Both the position numbers and the translations under genes were made by a program. The notes beneath the pieces are model-generated. The model did not search any database. It had not been told where the DNA came from and worked only from the letters and a program-made list of their open reading frames with translations. DNA of 51,928 nt, filler included, from Bipalium vagum (taxonomy: Eukaryota): assembly GCA_037834085.1 (NCBI GenBank). It is 3 parts of 3 records of this genome, joined end to end, with 100 filler letters (N's around TTAATTAATTAA, not from the genome) between each part and the next. Parts side by side here need not be neighbours in the genome. Positions count along the whole stretch, not along the records: positions 1 to 17,418 come from JBBMKC010066293.1; positions 17,519 to 34,118 come from JBBMKC010103612.1; 1 more part is not named here. One strand, 5' to 3'. Positions 12,631-25,635 of this stretch are shown here, piece after piece. Each line of letters begins with the position of its first letter. Positions within the stretch are counted from its first letter, which is position 1.

Positions 12631-14029
12631 TTTGATAAATGATAATAAAAATTGCAGAAAGATACTCTTAAGGACTAATAGTCATGTTTGTGTGTGCGTC
12701 TATTTTGATTGGTTTGTCGAAATGAATATAACGATAATTCCCATTTTGGATTTGTGTGCATATTTCATTAATATACGTATATATCCACTATATCTGCATA
12801 TTTGTCAAATTAGAAGACCGAATTTAATTTTTTTGAACTTTACTTTCTTTTCTGAGGTTCTCAGCTTAGTTTATTAGTTCAAAGATTTTTTTAAAAAATT
12901 CGCATTTATAACAATCTTTGATTTCATGTTTCTTAAAAGCTGAAATGAAGTGGTTCTTTCATAACATCTATTTTAAATCAACGTCCATTAGAAATAGTCT
13001 TTAAGCGAATTTAAGCGAAATGGATGGTACCCAGAGATTGAATAACTTGGAATATTTTTAGAGCTACGTAGAAGTTCAAATTTTAGCTTATTTTTGGTTT
13101 GAGTCAAGCTGTAAAATTTTTAATCTCGTTGAAATAATTTAAAAGTACGAAATTCTAAGTTTCTTGTCGGCGTTTTAATTATAAGTATTATAGAGTCACA
13201 ACCCGATGACTCTCCACTTGATAATCCTGGGGTCTGGATCGTGGAGCTCCACTTTAAAAAAGAAGTAACTTTGGAGAGCGTGATTAAGAGAAAAGTCTCT
13301 TAGAGGACTCGTACCTGTTTGTTTATCTAGTCAGAATTTTATTTTAATTACACTGGATTAGTATGGGTACCAACCTGAGCAAAAGCGCATTACTCCATGT
13401 AGTCCGATGAACTTTAGAACTTCTTCGATCATTCGTCGATTTGCTAGTCTAACTCATCCTCTTCTCAGTTGATCATTTTTATGTTCATCTATCCTTATAC
13501 AGTTTAATATTCACTCTATATCAATGATCCAAATAGTTTATTGTATAGATTAACCTCCAACATTTCTCTATCAAGAAACTTTTTTTTCATATTAAAAATT
13601 CAACAATTACACTCTAGCTTCAGTAGGCGTTTTTTTAAAATTGCTGTATAAATTAAACTTTATCATTTATGAATTATGTTGTATCGTTTATATTGAAAAA
13701 TTATTAAACGAACTCTTATTTTATTACAATTATTAGACTATTTTTACGCAACACATGCCCGAATGTATCAAAAGGAAGATTACTGAACGTCTAATCTTAA
13801 AATGACAAATAATGACTTATCCATCGTATTTTTACTATTATAGCTTAAAAAAGTAACTTTCATTCGTCTATCAGTAACTCTTCACTTTAATGATGTTGTG
13901 ATCGTAATTCTAACAAGGAAAAAACATATTTATAGGATGACTTAATATTTTAATTTGTGTTAAAAATTGTCTAATAAGCATGCTATTTGACAAAAATAAA
14001 TAACACTCTAATAGAAGATCTCATGCTTT

Positions 14030-14340
14030 ACATTTTCCGGACTTCATTCCCCTTGCACCCAAGCTCCTCAATCTGAGTTTTATGGTCATCTCTTGATCAC
14101 AATTAATTATTTTGTAATTTATATCATGGCATTTAACTCAGAAAGTAACTTTCTAACATACAGGTTCTCATCCATCAGATAATAATGATCAGGTCTTATT
14201 TTCGCTAAAAGTACTAAAAAGATGTTTGATAATTCTCATCTAAATTTTAATAATAAATCAAATCACAAAGTTCATTTCTATTTGATATTGGACATTAAAA
14301 TTTGTTTACTTTATCTTTGTACATTGTTGCTATTAAATCT
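14030..14340 (-). mobile_element. Possible RLE-type (R2/NeSL/R4-like) non-LTR retrotransposon remnant
   Basis: Collinear minus-strand fragments QQCTKIK, NRNELCDLI, KIRPD and SLGARG follow the order CCHC - RH - PD - LGARG of restriction-like endonuclease C-termini. Very decayed. Confidence 0.35.
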
Positions 14341-15097
14341 TTTAAAAGAACATTTAATCAAGAGTAAGAATATTTTAGCACTTTAAATGGAACATTCATT
14401 TCACCTTACTGTTATACCTTTATTTTTCTCTGTACTGGAACGGATGGTTATTAATAACAACCGGAGATAAACCTGGTTACTTCTTTAAAATAATTGAAAC
14501 TCTTTACGTTGCCTGCTTCTTTTCTTCATAATTATTATGAAAATGTGAACAGGAATCTTCGAAAACCTTTGGTAGTAATTTGCATTATTTTTGGTTTTCT
14601 TCTGTTACTGATCTCTTTTCTTATTCTACGATGGAACCACCATAAGGCATAACTTGTATTATGTTAATTGTTTAAATCACTTTGGAAAGTGATTTCACGT
14701 TCTTTAACGATTCAACAAAAGCTCTTTAAGAAGTAAATTTGTGAACATCATTTGGATATTTTTTATAATTATAAAATGGGTTTTATAAGTCTCTTCATAA
14801 CTATGGACACATTTAAGTTTATCATCATGATCTTAAATTGAAATGAAAAGGTTTACAGTGAACAGAATTTAAATGTTTACATACTTAGTAGCTGAAGAGA
14901 GGACAACCCGTACAAATGGAGATTGGAGCAATGTTTTGGGATTCGAAAAATATTCAGGTAATAGATCACCTTGAAAAAGATTAAACAAGTAACTGTGAAC
15001 AAAATAAGACTATTAGACCTGTTTATATATAAAATATTAATTTTTAATTAAAATAATACATGTGTTCTCATAAGTGTTTTTCAATGAGCAAATTACA

Positions 15098-15741
15098 TTA
15101 ATATTTGGTTGAATAAATACCTAATTCTTCAGATTTGGCTTCAAGGGACCTTTTAAGAAATTTAATAAGAATTTTCCAGGTTGTGTTTTTATCATTTGAA
15201 CATATTGCAACCGCATATAAGTACCATATCAATTCGTGAAGATCTCGAAGTGGATTTCTATGTATAATGTTCATGATGTGCAGATGACGCACAATTTTGA
15301 TTTGAGAATGACCAAGCACCTCTGACAGATTGAGAGTGATGTTACTAGGCTGCTGCTCAAAAGATCACAAAATGCCACCTTCTTCACCACTGATAAAAGG
15401 CCTAGATGTTACTAATCTTCAAGACACGTGTTTTCCCATTTGAAGCGACGAAACCATCACTGCGCTGTGTTTTCCTTGACAAAATCCTTGTCTTTCACCT
15501 CACAGGTTATTCGAGGTTAGCTTTTGCTTTTAGGCCTTTTTTCTAGTAATGTCTTAATAATAATCGAACTGCTGTTTTTTCATCAATCATTCTAAAGTAT
15601 AAAATAATTTAACATAGTTTAAAAATGTTGTATTTTACAGCGTAAATATATTCTGCTTTTCAGTACCTTTAAAATTTAAATGATGTGGTTAAAAAAATAC
15701 TTAAGATAACTTAAAAGTGACAAACTTTTGATTTAGCCTGG
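15098..15741 (-). mobile_element. Mariner remnant (5' end and HTH)
   Basis: TIR-like TA-CCAGGCTAAATCAAAAGTTTGTCAC on the minus strand. ITCEVKDKDFVKENTAQ*WFRRFKWENTCLED matches the mariner HTH. Confidence 0.7.
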
Positions 15742-17418
15742 TATTTGCAAATCTTTCTCGCCTTAAAATAAACAATTATTAGAGAATAACCGAGCTGTGT
15801 TGGATTGTTATGAGATCATATTGAAAAATAAAGCCGATTTCAATAAAAATTTCACGTTGTTTCATGTTTTGGTTTTATAACTTTTCATGCAACTTATAAC
15901 ATTATAATTCTAATAGAAATGTTACAGTTTTGGTAAAGCCACAACTGTAATACGGTAATAATTAAGAACGTCAATTCTTAATAATTTCGGTAAAAAATTT
16001 GAAAATATTGTGAATTTTAACTTATTTTGTCGAATATGGTTTTCTTGAGATTACCTTTTGGTTTAGTCTGATATGTATTAACTCTGACCTTTCTAACACT
16101 CCCAACATTACTTGATTGTACTACTCCATTTAAGTGATTGAGAACGTGAGTTCGTGTTGAATTCGATTCTTACAGTTGAAAATCTAAATTTCAAAAGATT
16201 ACCACTTTATATTTGTCACAAGGTTCAATAACTATAAAAAGTTAAATTACATTGATTGACGACATAAGTACATTTTTTAAAAGAAAACTAAAAATTACTC
16301 TTTAATTAGCATCGGAAATCAATTATGATAATGACACAACACTCTGAGGAAGATTATAAATTGGGTTTACAAATTAAATAATCAAATAATTTATAAAACA
16401 AAAATCTACTTCTGAGCAAACAGATATTGATTATAATTAAATTTTTACTATTAAAATAAATCAAATTTTTGTGATTTTGTAAATATTCATGATTAAATTA
16501 AAATTGAAAATAAATCACATAAATTAAATAAGTGAACTATATTTATTAGATTTAAGAGCCTTATGAAAAAATTAGAACTCTTTCTGTATATGGGTGTGTA
16601 TATAAATTTATAAAATATAATAATTAAAAGATAAGAATTGATAAAATAATTTCAAAAAACTTTTCATCATTTCATTTTAATAGTTTAAAGGTTATATTCA
16701 CACTGCAAAATTCGAACGGCTTTATATGTTAATAGGATGGAAGTCGTATCCTCAAGGCACATCACATAAGATTGCAATATAAATCAATAAAATTATTAAA
16801 AGTACTCTTAACAGTTCAAAGTAAATTAAACAGGAATTTTATGGAGAAAGTACAGTTTATTCAAAATTAACTTCTAAGTGTCAATAAATTTGGTTAGGAA
16901 GGAAATAAAAGATGTTTCAGATATTACCATATATGAGATGTAAACGTTTGTCTTTTGATGTTGTGACGAGGTGTCTAGAATGTCTGATGAAATTTATTAA
17001 AAATGATTCTTGAATTTATTATTTTTGCACTTTTAGTGAGAATAAAATTTAATATGAGAACCTATAATAAAAATATTTTTAAATATTAAAATAAAAATAA
17101 ATTTATTGATTTTGAAGATTTTTTTTATTTAAAAAACTTTTTGTTTAAAAAATGTGTTTAAATTGTTTATTTCTATACTACTGACAAATGAAGACAGGAG
17201 AACTGAATAATATCTAATTAAAATCAAATTCAAAAAACTTTATTAAATTTTTAATTATGTATTATAACTTAATTAATTGGCTTAAAATGGTTGGTTTCCT
17301 GGTATGGTCGTCATGTTAGTTGAAAATTATTCGGAGATAGAGGGATTCGAACGAACAAAATTGTATTTTTACAACAAGTCTTTACAAATAATTGAAAATA
17401 AATCAATTGCACATTTCT

Positions 17419-17518
17419 NNNNNNNNNNNNNNNNNNNNNNNNNNNNNNNNNNNNNNNNNNNNTTAATTAATTAANNNNNNNNNNNNNNNNNNNNNNNNNN
17501 NNNNNNNNNNNNNNNNNN
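17419..17518. other. Assembly gap with artificial six-frame-stop linker
   Basis: 44 N + TTAATTAATTAA + 44 N; identical structure at 34119-34218. Confidence 0.95.

Positions 17519-17590
<72 letters not shown>
17519..17590. repeat. (TTA)n microsatellite
   Basis: Perfect trinucleotide run abutting the gap. Confidence 0.97.
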
Positions 17591-17592
<2 letters not shown>

Positions 17593-17789
17593 CTGCATCT
17601 AATTTCTTTTTATCTCTATTTTATTTTATCTCTATTTTATTTAATTTCTATTTTAGAATTATATTATTTTATTAAGACTATTTTCTATTTTTAGTAAATT
17701 TTGATTTCTATATCTTTATATATTTTATATGTAATATTATATATTTCTTAATATATTTTTTGCTAATATTATGTTGATAATTCCAAATT

Positions 17790-18554
17790 CATCTGAAATC
17801 GTAACACTGCTTCCATCCATCGATATTTTGATTGATGTAATTTTCTTCAGTAATAATTAAAGCCATCAAAGTTGTCTAAATTGATTTTTTTCATCGAACC
17901 ACACCACTTTTTGCCATTCGACATTCCATGTTGTCTTTTGCTAACGATAATCTCTTTAATTTGTGATGCATTCTCAATTCTCGATTTGTTTGTTTTCTCA
18001 TATTTAAGCATGCCTTATTTATTGATGTTCTTATTAACAGTTCACCTTAAACCAAATAACGAAAAATCACAAATAATTTGATTGCCTGAGATGTGTTTAT
18101 TACTTGTGACTTGAGTAATATCTATTTTATTAAGAATTGACAAAATTGATTGACACTGTTTCCTCATAATTTTGTTTATTCATTTGTTTCCAGCGATTAC
18201 ATCCATAGCTCGATCTATAGTTGTCATGAAACAGATAGAATTCTTGAATCTATCACAATATTAACTAAAAAATATTGTCTTAAAATCAGAAGAGTTATCT
18301 AATTTAAATTCTTTTTATGAATGGAATAAATCGCTATCAGATAATTGCAGAATTGCTTGCTGTTTACCAAAAATATTGTTTATTCCATTTTACAATATAT
18401 CATTTTCACTTGAATAAGAACACTTAAATTTTGTATATAATATTTTATATAACAATGAAATAAAAAAATTGTATGGATAATAAAAATATTAATAAGCGTT
18501 AAAAATTTCAAAATTAACAAAATTAAAAAATTGATTGGCCTCCTTTAGGCCCTG
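17790..18554 (-). mobile_element. Tc3-like element remnant
   Basis: Minus-strand TWNVEWQKVVWFDEK and NLDNFDGFNYY* match Tc3 WxKVxFSDEKKFNLDGPDGxxYYW. TA-CAGGG terminus at 18556-18550. Confidence 0.75.
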
Positions 18555-18589
18555 TAGTTAAATATCATGGAAAATGCTTAAGGATAAAT

Positions 18590-19115
18590 GCCAAGAAAAG
18601 TATATAATAAATTGGCGGCAATAAAAAAATTAATAATATTGAAGGCTTGAAAATAGAAATTCAAGGAGTTTGGATGTCAATTTCTTTAGAGTGAGAATAG
18701 ACAGTTTATATTACTAGAATGTTTGGCGAAACAAGGAATCTGTGACGGAAGGGAAGACTGTTCAAAGCTTATTATCTTGTTTTATATCCCCTATTTTAAA
18801 TTTTGGTTTAGACCGATTAAGACACCCTGCATAGAGTCCAAATCTCGATCTTTCTGACTCTTATTTGTTCAATCGCCTAAAAACTTAACTGGTAAGAAAT
18901 ATAGTAACAAAGAAGATCTTTATGCCGTGGAGGATTTTTTGAATGAAAATTCTCAATATTTCTTAAAGATCTATGATATATTTCATAGATATGATAATTA
19001 TTGTAATTATTTTTATAATTATTTTTATTAATAATAATATCGTTATAATTAAATAAAAATTTGAAATTTTCATTTAAGACTAAAATTAAGTTTTACACTT
19101 TTTTAGATCAAGGTA
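18590..19115 (+). mobile_element. Mariner remnant
   Basis: FGLDRLRHPA*SPNLDLSDSYLFNRLK and LTGKKYSNKEDLYAVEDFL match the mariner C-terminal catalytic region. Ends approximate. Confidence 0.7.
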
Positions 19116-19317
19116 ACTTTCTATATGTCACGTTGTTTTACTTTAAAGAGTTTGAATTTATGTTGCAATGTTGTCGCTGAGTGTCTATGGTTCGATTTTA
19201 GACATTCATTTCTCATGAGTTCCTGTTTTCTAACATTGTTGTTTTTCAATACTTAATTTGAAGGAGCATGCTTACATTGCATTTCATGGTAAATTAATAA
19301 CATTTCCCAATAAATAG

Positions 19318-19444
19318 CTGATCCTCCTCGGAAGCGAATTGATAGCTTAAAATTAAACCTAAACGATTCACCAAGGTTATCTCTTGGAAACTTGAGTGAA
19401 GGCTCTCCGATTTCGGCTAGACGTGGGTTGGCGGTGCAGAAGTT
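19318..19444 (+). CDS. BRSK: BRSK/SAD-1 serine/threonine kinase, internal exon (post-UBA)
   Basis: tag|...|gtgagt. Encodes DPPRKRIDS...LGNLSEGSPISARR; DPPRKR(V/I)DS is characteristic of BRSK/SAD. Not in the ORF track. Confidence 0.9.
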
Positions 19445-19529
19445 GTGAGTTTAACTTTTCTGTGATCTGTTGTAATTGTAATTCATGCTAAAATTTCTTT
19501 GGCTTTATTGTCTAATGTTAAAATTGTAG

Positions 19530-19872
19530 TAGGAAAAAATCCAGTTCTGGTGGTGGAATTGTTGGTATAGATTCATTAAATAGCAGTCCAGCTTGTAGCC
19601 CCGGAGGTAGTCCTCTTTCATTCCATAGAACCGGGGCCAATATGTACGTTCGCCATATTAGTGCTGGTGCTGCGTCATTAGACAATTATCAAATGAGTCC
19701 TTCGAATCAGATAGCACACTTGCATAGAATTCCTTTAATTTCCCCAACGCAAGTTTCAAGTTCTAATGTCAGTGGAACAGGTTCAGTATCTCTTACAACA
19801 ACTCCTCAGCACCAATACTCTCGTAATTCTCAGCATCGTCATCCGCTTATTTTGTCAACGAATTCATATCAG
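19530..19872 (+). CDS. BRSK: BRSK/SAD-1 exon (Ser/Pro-rich spacer)
   Basis: 85-bp intron with a phase-2 compatible acceptor (TAGTAG: 19530 or 19533) and donor cag|gtaatt. Open frame includes ORF 19642-19887. Confidence 0.85.
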
Positions 19873-20334
19873 GTAATTCAAAAATGATTGTTTTTTTATA
19901 AAGTTCCATTTAACTTAATTAACTTGTATGATTTACACGTGAAATACTTTTTTAATTATCTTAATAATAATAACCTAATAATAAATAATAAAATAAGATT
20001 ATTTTGTGAATTTTAATGATAAGTAAAATAATATTATTAAAAATTCGTTAAAATGAACTGCTCTAATCATTGATAAATTGATTTTTAAAGATATTTTTAA
20101 TTTAATTTTAGGGTAGGAATGATTTGAAGATTTAAAATATGGTTGAGGAAAAGTAACTTAAATTAAGTAAATACGTCAAATTTATCTTTAGTTTAATGTT
20201 AACGTATAGATTTTATAAAAAAGGTGAACTTAATTAAAAAATATATTAGTTTATAAAAATGTTCTTGATAAAATGCAGAACTTGACTTCAATAATTCTAT
20301 CATCAGAGTCATGTCAATTATTATTACTATTAAG

Positions 20335-20774
20335 TCTGGATCAACACAGAGTGAATTATCTACCACTCTTTTTTCACCTGTAACTGGTGTCGGGACTGCA
20401 AATACATCACCATCAAACGCTTCTACTGCTAGTCTTGCTCCATCAACTGCAAATATACCTGTAACCTGCGCTTCACAATCTTCAATTCCAGCGTCACCTC
20501 AACCTTGGCGTGCGAGATTGAATAATTTAAAAATGACTTTTCTTGGATCTCCAAGATTCCACAGGAAAAAATCAACGTCTATTGATAATCAATCACAAAT
20601 ATCGATGGATAATGGAGTTCAAATGAAGATTGTGAATACTACAGAAAATTCTACCTCTATACCAAGTGATGCTACAATAACATCGACAAATACTTCTAAT
20701 CATACTACCACAGGTTTCATTGGTACCGGTTCTGGAAGAATTACAGCAGAATCCTCTCCTGATTCATCTCCTCT
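20335..20774 (+). CDS. BRSK: BRSK/SAD-1 exon with short conserved region
   Basis: PWRARLNNLKMTFLGSPRFHRKK matches BRSK WRxRLNSIKNSFLGSPRFHRRK. aag| acceptor in phase 0; donor ct|gtgagt. Confidence 0.92.
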
Positions 20775-21179
20775 GTGAGTATTTTTAATTACTTTTATGT
20801 TGTGTATTAATTGAGAGAAAGATTTTATTTATTTTATTTCTTGTGATGTCAAAAATATATAATAAAAATTCAGTGAATTAAAAATATGTAATTGATTTGT
20901 GAAATTTATATTTGAAAGCGCCTCTCTTTAATATGTTTAATGATAAATATTACTTTATTTTTTAATAATATTTTGTAAATAAATAATAATAATAATAAAT
21001 AAATAAAATAATAAAAAAGTTTTTATTAAAAAATATTAGTAATTCTGTTACCTATTTTCAAAAATATTTTTTCTGTTAATTGATTTTTATTTTAAATCTT
21101 TTAAAATTAAAGATACAAGAGTTTTATTAATTATTATAAAATTTTTATTAGTTTTTTAAGGTTATTAATATTAATTATA

Positions 21180-22435
21180 TTAGGTAGTCGATAAAGTTCG
21201 TGTAGCTATTGATAAAAATATATATAAAAACAAATACAAATATGAAATAAATAAAAAATATTAAAAATAATTATTGATATTCAATTACTTCAGAAAGATT
21301 GGCATATTTTTATTTAGATAAATGTTTAAAGAAGAGGATTTGTCTTTTCTTAAATATTTGAGTTCTATTTAAGCTGACAATAATACTAATCATCGAAATA
21401 AATACCACCAAACTATAACCTTGTGCCAACGTGTCAAACAATTTTGTATACAACAAAAACTTAAAAAAATACAGATTCAGAATCGAGAAAATTACAGATC
21501 GCATCAATAAGATAATTTCTAGTTTTGAAAATATCCACTGGCTCATACAATTGTCAGGAGATAGGAAAAAGTAATAATCTTTTTGGTGAAATAACTGTAG
21601 AATAAGGAGGATGTACTAATAATTCCCTGTCAAAATATTTTCCTGGTTACTTGAAATATGAGGCTTAGTGTTATCTTAAAAGAATAGCACATTCTTTCGA
21701 TAGATCAACAAAGACGGTTTCTGGATAAGTGCTTCTTGTCTCACTCAAACTGATCACAATAGACCGCAGCCGTGATGATTTGGCCTACTGAATGATTCTG
21801 TCTAATGTCCACCAAACACACAGTAAAATATTTTTTTGGAAGTAAAGGTTTCTTTGGAGTGCGTGGTATTGGATCAGTTGATGACAACTAAAAATAAGAT
21901 CACTTTTAATTGCTGTGATAGCCATTTTTCGTCGCAGGTTAACAATCCATATAGAAAAAGAGTATTCATTTTGATATCTTGATAAGTTTGCCTAACAAAT
22001 GGAAAAGCGGGTTATTTTGTTTGGATTATGAAAAATCATGTAGGCCCCATTTTCTTAATTATCACTTCTTCAGGTAAACTCGAATGATTTCGTCGCTAAC
22101 ATTAAACTTTTCCGAAAGTTCTAAGTCTCTAAATTTCTGTGAGATTGTCACTATCAATGATATTTGGTTTTCCAGAACGGGCTTCATTGGTTAAACTGGA
22201 ATCCCTCAGTGAAAATTTCTGAAGTAAAATTCTTTGCAGCGAGATTGCTTACGAATGCCTTACATATCTGTCGTGCATTAAATTATTGTAATAAATCTCA
22301 AAAATACTTTCAATCTTAGTAATGAAAATATGTATTGGAATTGAAATTAATTTTTTTCATTGATTGAAATTTTGATGAAAAAAGAAAATAAACTAATTAA
22401 TAGTGATTTTCAATTTTTAAAAATTTTATCGAAAA
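21180..22435 (-). mobile_element. Decayed near full-length mariner in BRSK intron
   Basis: Left TIR TTAGGTAGTCGATAAAGTTCG. Minus-strand fragments SLTNEARSGKP, DYYFFLS and LTRWHKVI. Right end approximate. Confidence 0.7.
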
Positions 22436-22528
22436 ATTCGAATTTTTTAAATATATACCATTTCCAAGCCAAATTTATGCATAGTGTTTCATTTATCTCA
22501 ATGATTTTTTTCGTTTAATTCTGGTCAG

Positions 22529-22923
22529 ATTGACAAACAAATCCTGGTTCGAAACTTTACTCAATCCGATTTCTAATCATTCTACGAATTATACCACAAC
22601 AACATTAAATCAGCAAGCTGAAATGACCAGCCCTACCGTCATCGGTTTATTACCGTCTTTAGCCAATGAGGATAACAGCTATGTAACTATGATCAAAGAC
22701 CGTCCCATTAATCGACTCAAAGCCGACTTAGTTCAAAGTTTATTGTCCAGTCCAGGAGTTGTTCACACAGTCATGTCGTCTTCGAGTTTTCGCGCTGAAT
22801 ATCGGAGGCCAGCTGGATCAAGTATTTTAACCAGACCTGTAAAAATTCAAATCGATTTAATCAGAGCATCTCCTCCATCATCCGACAGAGAAGTGTACGC
22901 TGTGAATTTTCAACTATTGTCGG
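22529..22923 (+). CDS. BRSK: BRSK/SAD-1 exon: AIS motif and most of the KA1 domain
   Basis: cag|a...g|gtaaaa. NKSWF (cf. KKSWFG) and IKDRPINRLKADLVQSLLS...SFRAEYRR...PVKIQIDL...YAVNFQLLSG. Confidence 0.95.
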
Positions 22924-23135
22924 GTAAAAATTTATTTTATTTTTAGTAATTCTTTTTAAAAAATCAAAATATTTTTTATGAGTGTATAATTGACCATAAC
23001 TTTTGTAAAAACGTCTAAATCTATTTGATTTTTAAAAATATTTTTTGATGAAAATGTCAAATATTTTCAACAATTTTTAAATAATATTTAATAATTGACA
23101 AGAGTAGTTTTTTTCAATTTATGTAAAGTTTTAGG

Positions 23136-23372
23136 TATTTGGTTCGAAAAATCACTTCGCATTTTTTAGTAAAAAGTAAAACCAAAAGTTTTATTACTAA
23201 TAAATATTTTAATCAATAATGTATTGTCTTTTTTATTCCAAGACCTTCTGCCATCTACCAGGCAATTTGAATATCTTTAAAATGACTTTAAATTAAGTTT
23301 TTTAAAAAGTGCTTTAAATTAAGATTTAAAGATAGATATAAAAAGAGAAATGACTTTCCGAACAAGTCAATA
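23136..23372 (-). mobile_element. Mariner-derived MITE-sized deletion derivative
   Basis: Imperfect TIRs TATTTGGTTCGAAAAATCACTTC / GAAATGACTTTCCGAACAAGTCAATA. Retains only the C-terminus KLPGRWQKVLE*KRQYIID*. Confidence 0.75.
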
Positions 23373-25635
23373 CATTGTTTTTTACTTTAGTTATTAACGA
23401 AATTCAGTTAACTTTATTTATATTTGATTATTCGATTAAAATAATAAATTTGCTTTGTCTTTAACAAATGGGAATCATCTAAACAAAATTTTATTGATTT
23501 TATATTAATCAATAGTTTGTAAAAATTGATTTCCAATCAACTATTGATCAAATTTATTTATTCATGACTGATACCATTTAGATTTCAATGAATTGATTTG
23601 ATATATTATTTTATAATTTAATGCACTAAAAGAGACAAAAGAATATTTTTAAAATTACTTTAGGAAATGTATTTATATTGAAAATGAACTTCATACAGAA
23701 AAGCAATTTGTATCATTATTTTTAAAAAAGTTTAAGAGCATTTCGAAAGATGATTTTTTCACTGTAATTAATTAATTACATATTATTCATTTCTCACTTT
23801 CATATTAAAAAATTTATCGATTTCTATTTAAATAGATCAATAATAGAAATCACCTTGGAACTTATCTCAATTTTTGAGTTAATCTTTTATTGATTTTGTA
23901 AATGTTAATATAGAATATTATTTTTTAAAAATTAATTTTTGCAATTAATAAGTATAAGTGATTTTTAATTATTAATAAGCTTGTCAGTTATTCTCATCAT
24001 CACAGAAATAAATTCACTTATTTTAATGTGGAATACTTGAAATTTTAACTATTGATATTCATTATAAAATTAAATATTAAAAAAATGTTATACATATATG
24101 TGAAAAGCATTCTAATATTATTTTTATATTTGAACTGTGAATTTTTTATTTTATTTTTTTAACAGCTTTTTAAAATTTTGAACATTTTTTTAAACCAATG
24201 ACAAAAATTTCAAAATGTATTGGATGGTGAAAGTAAAAGAATTATTACATTTATTTTAGGTTTTAGTTACGATCAGTGGTTATTATTGATTTATGAATTT
24301 TGAAAAAGACTAATCAAAGTAAACTTTATTGTTTAAAGATATTTTTTGATTGAGTATTGAATAATTTCGGCTTCTATGTGACAGAAACGACTGAAGCGAT
24401 CCGTGATAAATTTCTGAAATTAAATTAAGAGTCTCTGAAGAGACAGTTTGAATTGAGTGATGACCGATACAAATAGACGGAATAATTTAGTTAAAATAAT
24501 GAATTAATCCTATGTGAAATAATAAAATGTTATAAATGTAAATTTTTTTATTTAAAAATTAATCTTGTTTTAGTATAAAATTTTCAGTTTTTATTGATTT
24601 AAGAATTGAGTGTAAATATTATTTTTAAAACTCTTACGTGTAAATAAATTATCTCATCTTTAATAAATAAAAATTTTGAAATTGTTACTTTAGTAGAAGA
24701 AAATGAATATTTTTAACTGTGATTGAATCAATTTATTACAGTTAATCTTATAAACGTGATTGTGTTACAATTTTCTTTTGTATTTTGATCAAGATCTCAG
24801 AAATGTTTAATCTGGATAAAAAAATTCTCATATTCAGTTTTCCTGGATCCTACTATAGAAGATGTTTTATTAATTATTTTCAAATTAAATTAATAAGTTC
24901 CTGTAATTTTTCATTGTTAAAATGATTTATATTAATAATTCAATTTTTTGATATTATTAAAAAATGCTGAATAAGAACAACGTATTCGCCTCAATATATC
25001 TCAATCTAAAGATTTAATTAAATTTCCGATGTGAAAATTAATCCAATAATATTTTTCAAATCAGTTGGTTTGAAGATGATAATTATATATATATGAATAT
25101 ATAATGACTTGTTACGGTATAAATAAAATTTTAAGATAAAAGTCTTAAGAATTTCTTTTCTTAAAAAATTAAATATTAAAAAAATATAGTTAATGTTTTA
25201 ATCATTTCGGCATGAAGCTGAACTCTTAACTTTCTTATCTTTCTCTTTCCATAAACTATACTTAAAGTCATTTAAAAAAGAAATTTTAATTCAATTTCTT
25301 ATCGTTGACATTTTTTGTCAAAATGAATCCGACTTGTCTTTTTCTTTAATAATTTTCATTTAACCAATCAACAGTTTGATTATTTATCACATATGTAATA
25401 GGAATACGATTAAAAAGTATCTTAATAAAATCTTTCAGAAAAAGAACTGATAGAAAAGAAAGATTAATAATAAGTAAAATAAAAATAATAAGAGTTCAAG
25501 TGTTTTAATAATAATAAAATTAATTATTATATTTTGAGAATTTTATTGCGTGTTTTTGAATAACATTTTTGAAAATCTTTTTAAAATTGCAAATTAACTT
25601 TTCCAAACAAATAAGAAATATCAATATTTCCATAG

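Noticed and set aside
17332-17352. tRNA-like 3' end on the minus strand (GTTCGAATCCCTCTATCTCCG)
   Set aside because: Only a B-box and 3' strand; no 5' T-stem, D-arm, anticodon arm or A-box. At most a SINE or tRNA scrap.
17463-17474. TTAATTAATTAA island in N-runs (also 34163-34174) as a biological repeat
   Set aside because: Identical 44N-12-44N layout with stops in all six frames indicates a scaffolding linker.
1-19317. BRSK kinase or UBA exons within the window
   Set aside because: No kinase motifs or LGCF/YFLLLDRK-like UBA sequence found by eye; small exons could have been missed.
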